Notes under the pieces: generated by a model
Told to the model about the DNA's origin: nothing
Seen by the model: the letters and a program-made list of their open reading frames with translations, nothing else
The model's database searches: none
Source: Actinomycetota bacterium
GTDB taxonomy: Bacteria; Actinomycetota; Acidimicrobiia; Acidimicrobiales; Ilumatobacteraceae
Length of the DNA: 64,000 nucleotides
NCBI GenBank assembly: GCA_027731085.1
Contig: JAQCDG010000001.1
Span: 5,179 to 69,178, forward strand
Direction of reading: 5' to 3'
Shown here: piece by piece, positions 10,037 to 23,002 of the stretch
Position numbering within the stretch: position 1 is the first letter of the stretch
Layout: the number at the start of each line of letters is the position of its first letter
Position numbers and translations under genes: made by a program

Positions 10037-10296
10037 GACTGTTCACTGCTTGACAAGCGGCTGTGCCTCCTCTTTCGTGTTGAATAAAACTCAAAACCCG
10101 AAAGATCATTTTGTCGCCGCGCGAGATCAAAGCCAGCCGTGGCGTTGCCACTGCTATCAGCTCGACCGAGACGCACTAGGCAACAAAATTCAACTGACGA
10201 ACTTTGTAAAACTTGGTGGCAAGGTGGGAAACTAGTTTCCACTTTTGCTGTGCAACCAAACAGATATTAACTATCTCTTCAATTACGTAAGGCATA

Positions 10297-10605
10297 ATGG
10301 TAGCGCAAATGAGTGACAAACCAACCCCAGAACAAGACAAGGCCTTAGCCGAAGCTCGCGCACGCCTTGCCGACACGCCCGCAAATGTAGTTGTCGCAAA
10401 CCATGTGGTCGGCCTCTATGAATTGGCGGCAATACATCTCTCAGCAAATCCACCAAGATTCGACGATGCGCGCCTGGCGATAGACGCCCTCGCAGCAATT
10501 GTCGACGCTCTTGGCAACCGTCTCGGCGACGACCACGAGACATTCAAAGACGCGCTGGCTAATATTCGCTTGGTGTATGTCAAGTTGACGACCGAAAATA
10601 ACTGA
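10297..10605 (+). CDS. DUF1844-like small protein, divergent from infC
   Basis: 102 aa. The pattern ..VVVANHVVGLYELAAIHLS..ARLAIDALAAIVDALGNRLG..ALANIRLVYVKL matches my recollection of DUF1844. One of only two credible plus-strand genes. AAGG lies 5 nt upstream of the ATG. Confidence 0.65.
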   Translation: MVAQMSDKPTPEQDKALAEARARLADTPANVVVANHVVGLYELAAIHLSANPPRFDDARLAIDALAAIVDALGNRLGDDHETFKDALANIRLVYVKLTTENN

Positions 10606-10613
10606 GAAACAAC

Positions 10614-11543
10614 TCAGGCTCCAAACAAAAAGTCTGAACTGAGTCGGGCTCCCTTCAGCCACTCTTCAACCGGCATTGCAGACTTGCCTTCGGGTTGCAC
10701 CTCAACAATTGCAACCGCACCATCGCCAGTCGCGACACAGCACGACGATTTGCTTATCTCGCAAATTTGACCGGATTTGAAATCTCGTGAAACACCCGTC
10801 ACAAGTTTGCCTCGCACGATCTTTAATCGGCGACCATTGACGAATGTGAATGCCCCGCCAACACGCACCTGTCGCAAAATCAGATTCGAAGATTGACTCC
10901 AGTCAATTTGCAAATCACCAGTTTTGATCTTCTTGGCGTAAATCGTTTCGCCAGTTTGTGCGATGCCCTCACCAAGGCCCTTTTTGACTTTATCCACCAA
11001 GATTTTGATCGCGGCTTCGTTAAGTCTTGACCGCAACGAGTTGACGTCGTCTTCGCGATCGATCGAAACTTCTTGGCGCACGAAAACCTCGCCTTCATCC
11101 AGTTTCTCAACAACACGCATGATGCAAACGCCCGTCTTTTCATCACCTGCCAAAATTGCGCGCTCAACTGGCGCCGCCCCTCGCCATCGAGGCAAAAGCG
11201 AAAAATGCACATTGACCATCGGCACATGCGACAAAATTTCGATCGGTATCAATTCACCAAAGGCCACAACTATGCCAAGCAGGTTCGGTTTTTGTGCGAC
11301 GATATTCAACACGTCACTCACTTCGTGTGACACCGAAATGCCGAGTTTTTGCGCTGCAATTTTCACTGGGCTCGCCGATACATCGCTACCTCTGCCCCGA
11401 CGCACATCGGGTCGGGTTACAACGAGTTCAACATCAACACCATTGGCCACCAAAGCTTCAAGATGCGGTACGGCAACTTCTGGAGTGCCTAAAAATACAA
11501 CGCTTGACACGCCTCCGACTGGCATTGGTGCGAGCGAAGTCAC
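10614..11543 (-). CDS. fmt: methionyl-tRNA formyltransferase
   Basis: 309 aa with VVFLGTPEVAV and HFSLLPRWRGAAPVERAI. 4-nt overlap with def. Confidence 0.95.
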   Translation of the reverse strand: MTSLAPMPVGGVSSVVFLGTPEVAVPHLEALVANGVDVELVVTRPDVRRGRGSDVSASPVKIAAQKLGISVSHEVSDVLNIVAQKPNLLGIVVAFGELIPIEILSHVPMVNVHFSLLPRWRGAAPVERAILAGDEKTGVCIMRVVEKLDEGEVFVRQEVSIDREDDVNSLRSRLNEAAIKILVDKVKKGLGEGIAQTGETIYAKKIKTGDLQIDWSQSSNLILRQVRVGGAFTFVNGRRLKIVRGKLVTGVSRDFKSGQICEISKSSCCVATGDGAVAIVEVQPEGKSAMPVEEWLKGARLSSDFLFGA

Positions 11544-12061
11544 GACAGTTTCAAGTGCGTTGGTTCGCTCTCAATCTTGTTTTCTTCGCGTCGCCGATAT
11601 TCGGCAAGTGCCTGCTTTCGTTGATCTGGTGTCATGCGTTCAAACATCAAAACACCCTGCAGATGATCGATCTCGTGCTGAAACAACCTCGCTAAAAGTT
11701 CGTCGGCCTCAATCTGAATTGTGTTGCCATCGAGATTAGTTGCCTCGACAAGCACAAGTTTCGGTCGCACCATTTCGACATAAAGCCCCGGAATCGACAA
11801 GCAGCCTTCGTCATAAACCCATTCACCACTTGATTCGATTATTTTTGGGTTGATCAGCACTTGGGGTTCGTCGTCTACGTCGTAGACAAACAATTGCTTT
11901 TGCACGCCTATTTGAGGTGCTGCGAGCCCCAAACCTGGTGCCTGATACATGACCTCAAACATCTCGTCGGTCAGCTTGATCAGCTTCGAGTCGATGTTCG
12001 TGATTTCGGCGGCACAGGTCTTTAATACTGGGTCGCCAAATGTTCGAATGTCATAACTCAC
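11540..12061 (-). CDS. def: peptide deformylase
   Basis: 173 aa with GLAAPQIG, EGCLSIPG and QHEIDHLQG. Confidence 0.95.
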   Translation of the reverse strand: MSYDIRTFGDPVLKTCAAEITNIDSKLIKLTDEMFEVMYQAPGLGLAAPQIGVQKQLFVYDVDDEPQVLINPKIIESSGEWVYDEGCLSIPGLYVEMVRPKLVLVEATNLDGNTIQIEADELLARLFQHEIDHLQGVLMFERMTPDQRKQALAEYRRREENKIESEPTHLKLS

Positions 12062-12097
12062 CCAATCAACACTACCGAAGTAGCCGTCGCCCCTGAT

Positions 12098-13843
12098 CTA
12101 TACGCGCGGCGGGTCGATGTGAAATGTCAGACGAGATTTGGCTGGTCGCTTCGCAGTGCTCAGCACATCAGTTAACTCTTGCCAACTCGCGGCACGAATT
12201 AGTCCGTTATCTGTGTCTTTATTCATGGTCTGCACAACCGACGAAAACTCAAGAGTTTCGTTCAACGAGTCAAGAAACGACTTCGTACCCTTTCCCGAAA
12301 CCTGAGCAATTGACCCAAATGGTGGAAATTTCAGCATTGATCTGCGCATCTGATCATCGACGAAATATTTGCTCAGATCGCGACTCTGCAAGCCGACCAA
12401 CAATGAGTTGTCTGGCGTGTGGGTCTGCAGCAAGATGCGTGGGCTTGCACTCGATCGACCAACGAGCCGAGCGGCGTGCACGATCAAAGTCGCCACAATT
12501 TCATTGGCCCGATACCTCGGTGCGAGCAACTCTGAATCAATATCTAGAAAGACGACAGTGTCGGCATTTTGAACCCGATGTAAAACTGCCTCAGTGCCAA
12601 CGAAGACGCTATTTCGCTCATTAACTGTTTCTGTAGCAGCCGTAACTTCGAGTACCGAGCGATTTGCCGCTGCTTCGAGCTCTTCGCGCAGTCGAGCAAC
12701 GCCGGGCTTGAGCACCGCACAACTGCTCGAGCCGCAAACTTGACAAATGACGGGTCGTGATTCACCACATCTCGGGCAATCAAGTTTTGTCTTGTCAAGT
12801 TGATTTAGGGCGGCATCACACTTTTCACAGCGCAGAATATTGCGACATGAACCACACGCCGTCAGTCGCCCTCGACCCTTGGTGTTTAATACGCAGACCA
12901 CGCGACGAGATTTATCACGCAATTCGGCGATTAGTTCAGACGAAATAAGCGAGCGACTCCATTGCTCGTCTTTATTGCGATCAATAATCAGAACTTCGGG
13001 CCACGGATTCTGATTGTCGACAACCGTTCGATCACCTGCCCATTTACGCGCCGACAGCGACGAAATCGGTGAGAGCAAGATACATCTGGCGCCTGCGCGC
13101 GCGGCGCGCTCAATGGCGACATCACGGGCGTGCCATGTTGGGCTTCTCTCTTCTTGTAACAAGTCGTCGTGCTCATCTACAACGACGATGTTCACGAATT
13201 TTTCAACGGGCGCCCACACGACGCTTCGAGTGCCAACAACAACATCAACACCGCCATACGCCATCGCCCAATCTTGTGGCCACTGAGCAACCGAATAATT
13301 ATTCGCCTTCAATGCGGCGGCAAGAAGTTTGACCCGATGTTGGGTCGGCATCACGACGATCGTCGGTCCGTCGCAGGCAATCGAGCTGATCAGTGGCGTC
13401 AAATTTGTCAGCGGTGCAACGGTTATCAACCCATTACCAAACACTTTGATCTTTTCGAAAGCTTCCGAAACATGGTGCAGAGTGCGTGGCATATATCGCG
13501 ATGACGGCACTTGGCTGATCAGCGTGGCTGGTGCTGCGGTCGAAATAAACGATCTCATTCGCCCAGCCCAGCGCTTCGTCGCCCATTTCGCGAGATTAAC
13601 TATTTCTTTGGTTACTCCAAGACCCAATACCTTGATCACGCTCTTTATTTTGCTGATTTCGAGACCTGCGCTTGGTGCACCAATTTCGATTACCCAACCC
13701 GCAACATTTCGTCCATGCAGTGGCACGCGCACGCGCACACCAATACGCACTTGTTCAATCAGCGCCTCAGGCACCAGGTAATCAAATATTTTGTCGACCC
13801 CCGTTACGTCGGGTACGACTCGCGCTACCCGAACAGAGGGCAC
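12098..13843 (-). CDS. priA: primosomal protein N' (PriA), Walker-A-less variant
   Basis: 581 aa with N-terminal VARVVPDV..DKIFDYLVP, VVVDEHDD (motif II) and a Cys4-type zinc module CGSCRNILRCEKCDAAL..CPRCG..CQVCGS. No GxxxxGK[ST] at the expected motif I position. Confidence 0.85.
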   Translation of the reverse strand: MPSVRVARVVPDVTGVDKIFDYLVPEALIEQVRIGVRVRVPLHGRNVAGWVIEIGAPSAGLEISKIKSVIKVLGLGVTKEIVNLAKWATKRWAGRMRSFISTAAPATLISQVPSSRYMPRTLHHVSEAFEKIKVFGNGLITVAPLTNLTPLISSIACDGPTIVVMPTQHRVKLLAAALKANNYSVAQWPQDWAMAYGGVDVVVGTRSVVWAPVEKFVNIVVVDEHDDLLQEERSPTWHARDVAIERAARAGARCILLSPISSLSARKWAGDRTVVDNQNPWPEVLIIDRNKDEQWSRSLISSELIAELRDKSRRVVCVLNTKGRGRLTACGSCRNILRCEKCDAALNQLDKTKLDCPRCGESRPVICQVCGSSSCAVLKPGVARLREELEAAANRSVLEVTAATETVNERNSVFVGTEAVLHRVQNADTVVFLDIDSELLAPRYRANEIVATLIVHAARLVGRSSASPRILLQTHTPDNSLLVGLQSRDLSKYFVDDQMRRSMLKFPPFGSIAQVSGKGTKSFLDSLNETLEFSSVVQTMNKDTDNGLIRAASWQELTDVLSTAKRPAKSRLTFHIDPPRV

Positions 13844-13854
13844 CGCCGTTTGAA

Positions 13855-15048
13855 TCAGAGTTTGACTGCTGCCTTGAACTCTTTAAGCTTCGACAATTTC
13901 TCCCATGTGAAGTTCGGTTCGTTGCGACCGAAGTGACCATAGGCGGCAGTCTTTTGATAAATCGGTCGCTTCAGGTCGAGATCGCGCAAAATTGCCGCGG
14001 GACGAAGATCAAAAACTTCTTGCACTGCCGCCTCAATCGCAGCATCGTCAACAGTGTTGGTGCCAAATGTTTCGACAAAAATGCTGACCGGATGTGCCAT
14101 GCCAATCGCGTAAGCGACTTGCAATTCACAACGCTTTGCTGCACCCGACGCGACAACATGCTTGGCAACCCATCGCGCCGCATATGCCGCTGAGCGATCA
14201 ACCTTTGATGGATCTTTTCCGCTGAATGCGCCACCACCGTGACGGCCCATGCCGCCGTAAGTGTCAACGATAATTTTGCGACCAGTCAAACCAGTGTCGG
14301 CGTGTGGCCCACCCTTGACAAACTCGCCAGTCGGATTTACGTAAACGGCATAATCGTCTTTGGCGAACTGTGCCGGAATCACTGGACGAATAACTTGTTC
14401 GATCAAATCAGGCCGAATCACGGTGTCGCGGTTGATGCCGTCGGCATGTTGCGTTGATATCAAAATAGTTCGCAACCGAACTGGCACTCCGTTTTCATAA
14501 TCAAATGTCACCTGTGTCTTGCCATCAGGCCGCAAATATGGAATCGCCCCGGACTTTCGAACATCTGTGAGTTTTTCTGCCATACGGTGCGCCAACCAAA
14601 TCGGCAACGGCATCAAATCTTCGGTCTCTGTGCATGCATAACCGAACATCATTCCTTGGTCGCCGGCGCCTTGACTATTTAGTTTGTCTTCACCACTCTT
14701 GCCTGCGCGGATTTCTTCACTGACATCAACACCCTGGGCGATATTCGGGCTCTGCTCGTCAATACTGACGATCACACCGCAAGTGTTGCCATCGAAACCA
14801 TAAAGTGCGTTGTCATAACCAATGCCTTTGATAACTTCGCGTGCAATCTTAGGAATGTCGACATATGCGCTGGTGGTGATCTCACCAGCAACGACACACA
14901 AGCCTGTTGTAAGCAAAGTTTCGCAGGCAACTCGACCATTAGCGTCTTCTTTTAGAATTGCATCAAGCACCGCATCAGAGACCTGATCGGCCATCTTGTC
15001 CGGGTGCCCCTCGGTGACACTTTCTGAAGTAAACGAATATTTTTTCAT
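13855..15048 (-). CDS. metK: S-adenosylmethionine synthase
   Basis: 397 aa with [23 protein letters not shown] and [16 protein letters not shown]. Confidence 0.97.
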   Translation of the reverse strand: MKKYSFTSESVTEGHPDKMADQVSDAVLDAILKEDANGRVACETLLTTGLCVVAGEITTSAYVDIPKIAREVIKGIGYDNALYGFDGNTCGVIVSIDEQSPNIAQGVDVSEEIRAGKSGEDKLNSQGAGDQGMMFGYACTETEDLMPLPIWLAHRMAEKLTDVRKSGAIPYLRPDGKTQVTFDYENGVPVRLRTILISTQHADGINRDTVIRPDLIEQVIRPVIPAQFAKDDYAVYVNPTGEFVKGGPHADTGLTGRKIIVDTYGGMGRHGGGAFSGKDPSKVDRSAAYAARWVAKHVVASGAAKRCELQVAYAIGMAHPVSIFVETFGTNTVDDAAIEAAVQEVFDLRPAAILRDLDLKRPIYQKTAAYGHFGRNEPNFTWEKLSKLKEFKAAVKL

Positions 15049-15064
15049 CGACGCAATTTTCGTC

Positions 15065-15409
15065 TTACTCGGCCGCTTGCTCTGTCGTCGAATCTTGCAT
15101 CGCGTCGAGCTCTGCTTGTTGCTCGGCGGCTATTGCTGCTTCATTCTCGGCCAGAACTTCTTCGATCGTCTTGGCGACGAGTTGGATCTTTCCGGCGGCA
15201 ATTTCTTCGAAACTGATCGAAAGGGGCTTTCGGGCTGTCGAACTAACTTGAGGTGGCACCATGTTGCCAAGACCGTCACCAAGTTGATTGAAATATGAGT
15301 TGATCTCGCGTGCACGGCGAGCCGAGAGTGTTACGAGGGAAAATTTCGAACCAGTGTGCCCCATCAGCGACTCAATTGCTGGGTTCATCATCGTGTCTTC
15401 GGTTGTCAC
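15065..15409 (-). CDS. rpoZ: DNA-directed RNA polymerase subunit omega
   Basis: 114 aa with [20 protein letters not shown] start with GGGAGG 5 nt upstream. Sits in the gmk-rpoZ-metK context. Confidence 0.9.
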   Translation of the reverse strand: MTTEDTMMNPAIESLMGHTGSKFSLVTLSARRAREINSYFNQLGDGLGNMVPPQVSSTARKPLSISFEEIAAGKIQLVAKTIEEVLAENEAAIAAEQQAELDAMQDSTTEQAAE

Positions 15410-15481
15410 ATTTGCCTCCCGGCGCTCTGTACAAGGCGATCAGATTATGAAAGCTTGCGGCTATTGAGTATAGCCCTTTAT

Positions 15482-16051
15482 CTAACGGGGTGTGCGCTGA
15501 TTCCGCTCATAGGCGATGATTCGACTCAATTCTTCGAGAGTTGATTCGAGGTCATCGTTGATAATCACGTAGTCGGCAATGGCTTTGCCCACCGGCTCTT
15601 CTTCTTCAGCTTTACGCAATCGCTTTTCAACTTTCTGATCTGCGTCCCCCCGACCCCGAAGCCTCGCCTTTTGCTCCTGCCTCGAAGGTGGCAAAACAAA
15701 AAGTAATAGCGCAGATTCGTTCAGACGCTTTACTTGCTGTGCCCCGTCTACTTCAATTTCAAGCACTACATCTTTGCCAATCGGCGGATTAGGCATCGGG
15801 GTGCCATACAAGTTTCCAAGAAAATCTGTCCATTCGAGAAAGCCGTTAGCGGCAATGTTGTCTTCGAATTCTTGTCGGGTGACGAACCTATATGCATCAG
15901 CGGCCTCGCCTGGTCGTTGCTCACGTGTTGTCCACGATCGACTCAACCAAAGATGAGCATCGCGTTGCACGAGTTTTTCGACGATCGTGCTCTTGCCTAC
16001 TCCACCAGGACCCGAAACAACAATTACAAGACCAGGATTATTCGCGCTCAC
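15482..16051 (-). CDS. gmk: guanylate kinase
   Basis: 189 aa with VVSGPGGVGKST and TTREQRPGE. 4-nt overlap with mihF. Confidence 0.93.
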   Translation of the reverse strand: MSANNPGLVIVVSGPGGVGKSTIVEKLVQRDAHLWLSRSWTTREQRPGEAADAYRFVTRQEFEDNIAANGFLEWTDFLGNLYGTPMPNPPIGKDVVLEIEVDGAQQVKRLNESALLLFVLPPSRQEQKARLRGRGDADQKVEKRLRKAEEEEPVGKAIADYVIINDDLESTLEELSRIIAYERNQRTPR

Positions 16052-16356
16052 TTAAAAGCCTCAAGTAGTTGCGCTCGCTGTTGATCGTTCAAACTATCAA
16101 TTTTTTGTTTGTGAGAAATCTTTAAGTCATCAAGTGTTTGCCGCGCGCGAACTTTGCCAACATTAGAGAACAACTCGAGAACTTTAACTACATAAAGTTG
16201 ATTCAAGGCCAGTTCATCACTTGATTGCAAGACTGAAGACAAAGACCTGACCCCGTCAGCAATCTGCTCAAGTACTTGATTCATCTTTAGACGCAGATCG
16301 AGCACGCCAGCGATTGCAATATCGCGAGTCTCAAAGCCAACAGGCGTCGTTGCCAT
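16048..16356 (-). CDS. mihF: actinobacterial integration host factor (mIHF)
   Basis: 102 aa. The C-terminal half (VKVLELFSNVGKVRARQTLDDLKISHKQKIDSLNDQQRAQLLEAF) resembles mIHF/sIHF. It occupies the conserved slot immediately upstream of gmk. Confidence 0.75.
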   Translation of the reverse strand: MATTPVGFETRDIAIAGVLDLRLKMNQVLEQIADGVRSLSSVLQSSDELALNQLYVVKVLELFSNVGKVRARQTLDDLKISHKQKIDSLNDQQRAQLLEAFK

Positions 16357-16393
16357 TAATCCATTCTAGTTCTATGTTTCAAAACCTTCTTAT

Positions 16394-17328
16394 TCAAGCA
16401 TCTGCCTGAAGGCCACCGCGGTGTGATGCCGAAGTTACCTCTGACCAATCGGAGATTGAGTGAGCATCAGCCCACTTATTTAGTTGGCGCAGAATTTTGA
16501 TTGGCGCTCTTGGGTCGGCGAAAGTTGCCGTGCCGACCTGCACCGCATCAGCACCCGCAAGCATCAACTCGGCTGCTGTCTCACCAGATACGACACCGCC
16601 GGCCCCCAAGATTTTGATCTTCGGCAATGCGGCTCGAACTTCGTAGATGCATCGCACTGCAATTGGATGCAAAGCTGAACCCGACAAACCACCGCGAATG
16701 TTGCCGAGCACGGGCAGACCGGTGTCGGTGTCAATCGCCATACCGATTGCCGTATTGATCAGCGTTACCGCTTGTGCGCCAGCCGAGTGGACTGCCCGGG
16801 CGACATCTACTATTAGCGAAGTGTTCGGGCTTAATTTCGCCCACAACGGCAACTCGGCAACTAGACACGATTCTATTACTCGCGCACTCAATGCTGCGTC
16901 GTGACTGAACATCGCATGATCACCACTTAGGTTGGGGCACGAAAGATTAATTTCGATTGCAGCTATCTCGTTGCGCACAGTTGCCAGCAACTTTGCCGCT
17001 TGCGAATAGTCGTCGATGCTATGACCCCAAATGCTGGCGACAACTTTTGCCCCGGCGCGCTGCAACATCGGTAAATCATGTTCAATGAAACTTGCAACGC
17101 CACTACCCTGCAAACCGACTGCATTGAGCATGCCCGATTTGGTTGGGTGAAGTCGTGGCGCGGCATTGCCTGGCCACGAAAAGTGGGCAACAGATTTGGT
17201 GACAACGGCACCAATTTCACGCAATGGAAAGTACGAATCAAACTCTGCGCCGTAACCCGCAGTACCGGATGCAGTCAATATTGGTTGGGCAAGTTCGACT
17301 GAACCAATCGAAATCGCTTTGCGGTTCA

Positions 17329-17329
<1 letters not shown>
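16394..17329 (-). CDS. pyrD: dihydroorotate dehydrogenase, class 1 (catalytic subunit type)
   Basis: 311 aa with TASGTAGYG, catalytic-Cys context EINLSCPN and GGLSGSALHPIAVRCI. ATG overlaps the carB TAA by 1 nt. Confidence 0.9.
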
Positions 17330-20624
<3,295 letters not shown>

Positions 20625-20625
<1 letters not shown>

Positions 20626-21725
20626 TACTTTGCTTCCATTCGCGACACAAATTCGCCGAACAGATATCGACTGTCGTGTGGCCCCGGGCCGGCTTCAGGG
20701 TGATATTGCACGCTGAATGCATTGGCTCCGAGCACACGCAGACCCTCATTCGTATTGTCGTTCAAGTTGATGTGTGTTACTTCTGCCTTCTTTGCTAATG
20801 AATCTGCATCAACACAAAAATTATGGTTTTGACTCGTGATCTCAACCGTGTTGGTTGCAAGATTGCGCACGGGGTGATTTGCTCCATGATGTCCGAACGG
20901 CAACTTAAATGTTTTGCCACCGAGTGCCAGTGCCATCAGCTGATGACCAAGACAAATGCCGAACATCGGCACATTCGTGCCAAGCAACTCGCGAATCGTC
21001 GCTGGCGCGCCATGCACCATCTCTGGATCTCCAGGGCCGTTCGAAAGAAAAATTCCGTCCGGCGACAAGGCCATGACGTCGGCGGCCGAGGTCGTTGCTG
21101 GCACAACATGCACAGTGGCAAACTCTGCCAAGCAATTCAAGATTGTCGTTTTGATGCCAAAATCGAACGCGACAACTTTCAGTGTTCCCGCGCCGTGAAC
21201 ATAACTCTTGGTGGTCGTAACTTGGGCAATCAAATTGCGGCCAGCTGTGCCCTTTTCACTTGCCGCCGCTTTTCGCAAGTCTGATTCGCCGGCGGTGCCA
21301 AACGCACCTGGCATCGCGCCAGAGTCGCGCAACAGACGAGTCAATCGTCTTGTATCGATGCCTGCGATACCTAAAACTTCATGGCGTTTGAGAAACGAAT
21401 CAAGTGAATCGTCGCTTCGCCAATTGCTTCGTCGCCTGGCGAGTTCGCGCACAATCACACCTCGTGCAAAAATTTTCGAAGATTCATTGTCCGCGGCGGT
21501 CGTGCCGTAGTTACCGATGTGCGGTGTCGTAAACGTGATGATCTGCCCCGCGTACGAAGGATCAGTCAGAATCTCTTGATAACCCGAGAGACCCGTATGA
21601 AACACGACCTCACCTCGAGCGATTACTGGCGCAGAAATTTCTGAACTTCCCGCACCGATCGCCTCGCCCTCAAAAAGCGAACCATCTTGAAGAACAAGTA
21701 GCGCTGGTCGAATACTGCGTGTCAT
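20625..21725 (-). CDS. carA: carbamoyl-phosphate synthase small (glutaminase) subunit
   Basis: 366 aa with FGICLGHQL (Cys nucleophile) and HPE near the C-terminus. Confidence 0.95.
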
Positions 21726-23002
21726 TTTTGCGCTTGACCATCAATCACGGTTGGTGTTCCTTTAAAAATTGTGTGTCGCACTCGACCTCGAAGTGTGCGA
21801 CCAATATATGGAGTATTAATGCTCTTGCTGGCAAGTCGCTCGGGATCAACGCTCCAAGTTAGTTGAGGATCAAACACGCAAAGGTTCGCATTAACTCCCG
21901 CGACGACATCGCGTCCATGCTCGGCGTCGACACGCGCGATTTTTGCAGGGTTCCAGCTCATCAATGCCACCACATCTCGGATCTCGCAAGCACCCTCGGC
22001 CAGCACCACACCGAGTGCCGTCTCGAGACCGAGCATGCCAGGCGGCGCCAAATCGAGCGACATTTCTTTGTCGCGTCGCGGATGCGGAGCGTGATCTGTC
22101 GCAATCGCATCAATCGTGCCGTCAAGTAGGCCGGCTTTGAGCGCTTGAATATCTTCAATCGACCGTAACGGCGGGTTTACTTTGAACACGGGGTTGTAAC
22201 TCGCCAGAAGTTCTTGGGTCAACGACAAATGATGTGGTGTCACTTCGGCAGTTATTGGCAGGCCATCTCGCTTTGCCGCTCGCACTAGTTCAACACTGCG
22301 TTTGGTCGACAAGTGCAGAAAGTGCATCGACGCGCCGGTGATACGCACCAACTCGATGTCACGAAAAACCATTAGCTCTTCGGCGATTGATGGCCAGCCA
22401 GGCAAACCCAAATCGGTGCAGCAACTGCATTCGTTCATTACTGCACCTTTGGTTAGTTCGGCAACTTCGCAATGCTGCGCGAGAGTCACACCCAGACCTC
22501 TGGCATATTCAAGTGCTCGACGCATCAACGCAGCGTCTTGCACTCCGTTGCCATCGTCAGTAAAAAACGTAACGCCCGCGTGAGCCAACTCAGCCATCGG
22601 CGCGAGCGACTCACCCTGACGGCCAAGAGTTATGCATCCACTTGGCACCACATCAACTAAGCCGGCACGCTTGCCTTGTTCACGCACAAAGTCGATTACC
22701 GCAACAGAATCTTGTGGTGGATCTGTGTTTGGCATTACAACGAGCGCCGTGTAACCACCCAGCGCGCCAGCGCGACTGCCAGTTTCAATTGTCTCAGCTT
22801 CTTCTTTGCCAGGTTCGCGCAAGTGCGCGTGCAGATCGACAAAGCCGCTGCTCACGATGCAACCTGATGCGTCAAGTTGAGTGTCGCCCTTAAGATTCTT
22901 GCCAACTTCAACAACACTGTCATTTTCGATTTTGACATCCGCAACTTCTTGAGACTTTCGATTGATGATGGTGCCGCCTTTGATCACGAGTGATTTGCTC
23001 AT
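21722..23002 (-). CDS. pyrC: dihydroorotase
   Basis: 426 aa with DLHAHLREPG (metal-binding HxH) and the ATDHAPH motif. 4-nt overlaps on both sides. Confidence 0.92.
   Translation of the reverse strand: MSKSLVIKGGTIINRKSQEVADVKIENDSVVEVGKNLKGDTQLDASGCIVSSGFVDLHAHLREPGKEEAETIETGSRAGALGGYTALVVMPNTDPPQDSVAVIDFVREQGKRAGLVDVVPSGCITLGRQGESLAPMAELAHAGVTFFTDDGNGVQDAALMRRALEYARGLGVTLAQHCEVAELTKGAVMNECSCCTDLGLPGWPSIAEELMVFRDIELVRITGASMHFLHLSTKRSVELVRAAKRDGLPITAEVTPHHLSLTQELLASYNPVFKVNPPLRSIEDIQALKAGLLDGTIDAIATDHAPHPRRDKEMSLDLAPPGMLGLETALGVVLAEGACEIRDVVALMSWNPAKIARVDAEHGRDVVAGVNANLCVFDPQLTWSVDPERLASKSINTPYIGRTLRGRVRHTIFKGTPTVIDGQAQK

Noticed and set aside
10602-10617. Hairpin ctgag-aaacaa-ctcag spanning the convergent stop codons of the DUF1844 gene and fmt; possible bidirectional terminator.
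   Set aside because: The stem is only 5 bp with no flanking U/A tracts, so it is too weak to call. It may simply reflect the two stop codons (TGA/TCA) facing each other.
12170-12190. SGKGTKS near the PriA C-terminus (approximate coordinates) as a candidate relocated Walker A.
   Set aside because: It lies in the C-terminal domain far from the RecA-like fold, lacks the GxxxxGK[ST] spacing context and follows no beta-strand-like hydrophobic run. It is not a P-loop.
15459-15475. Small hairpins in short spacers: ggctat-tgagt-atagcc between gmk and rpoZ (15459-15475), ctacga-ctta-tcgtag between DUF3048 and pdxS (53820-53835), and the imperfect ataacctct/agagttat repeat between pimA and lemA (56431-56465).
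   Set aside because: These have 6-8 bp stems without U-tracts on the transcribed strand. They do not recur as a repeat family elsewhere in the window and are not distinguishable from chance by eye. I leave them as notes only.
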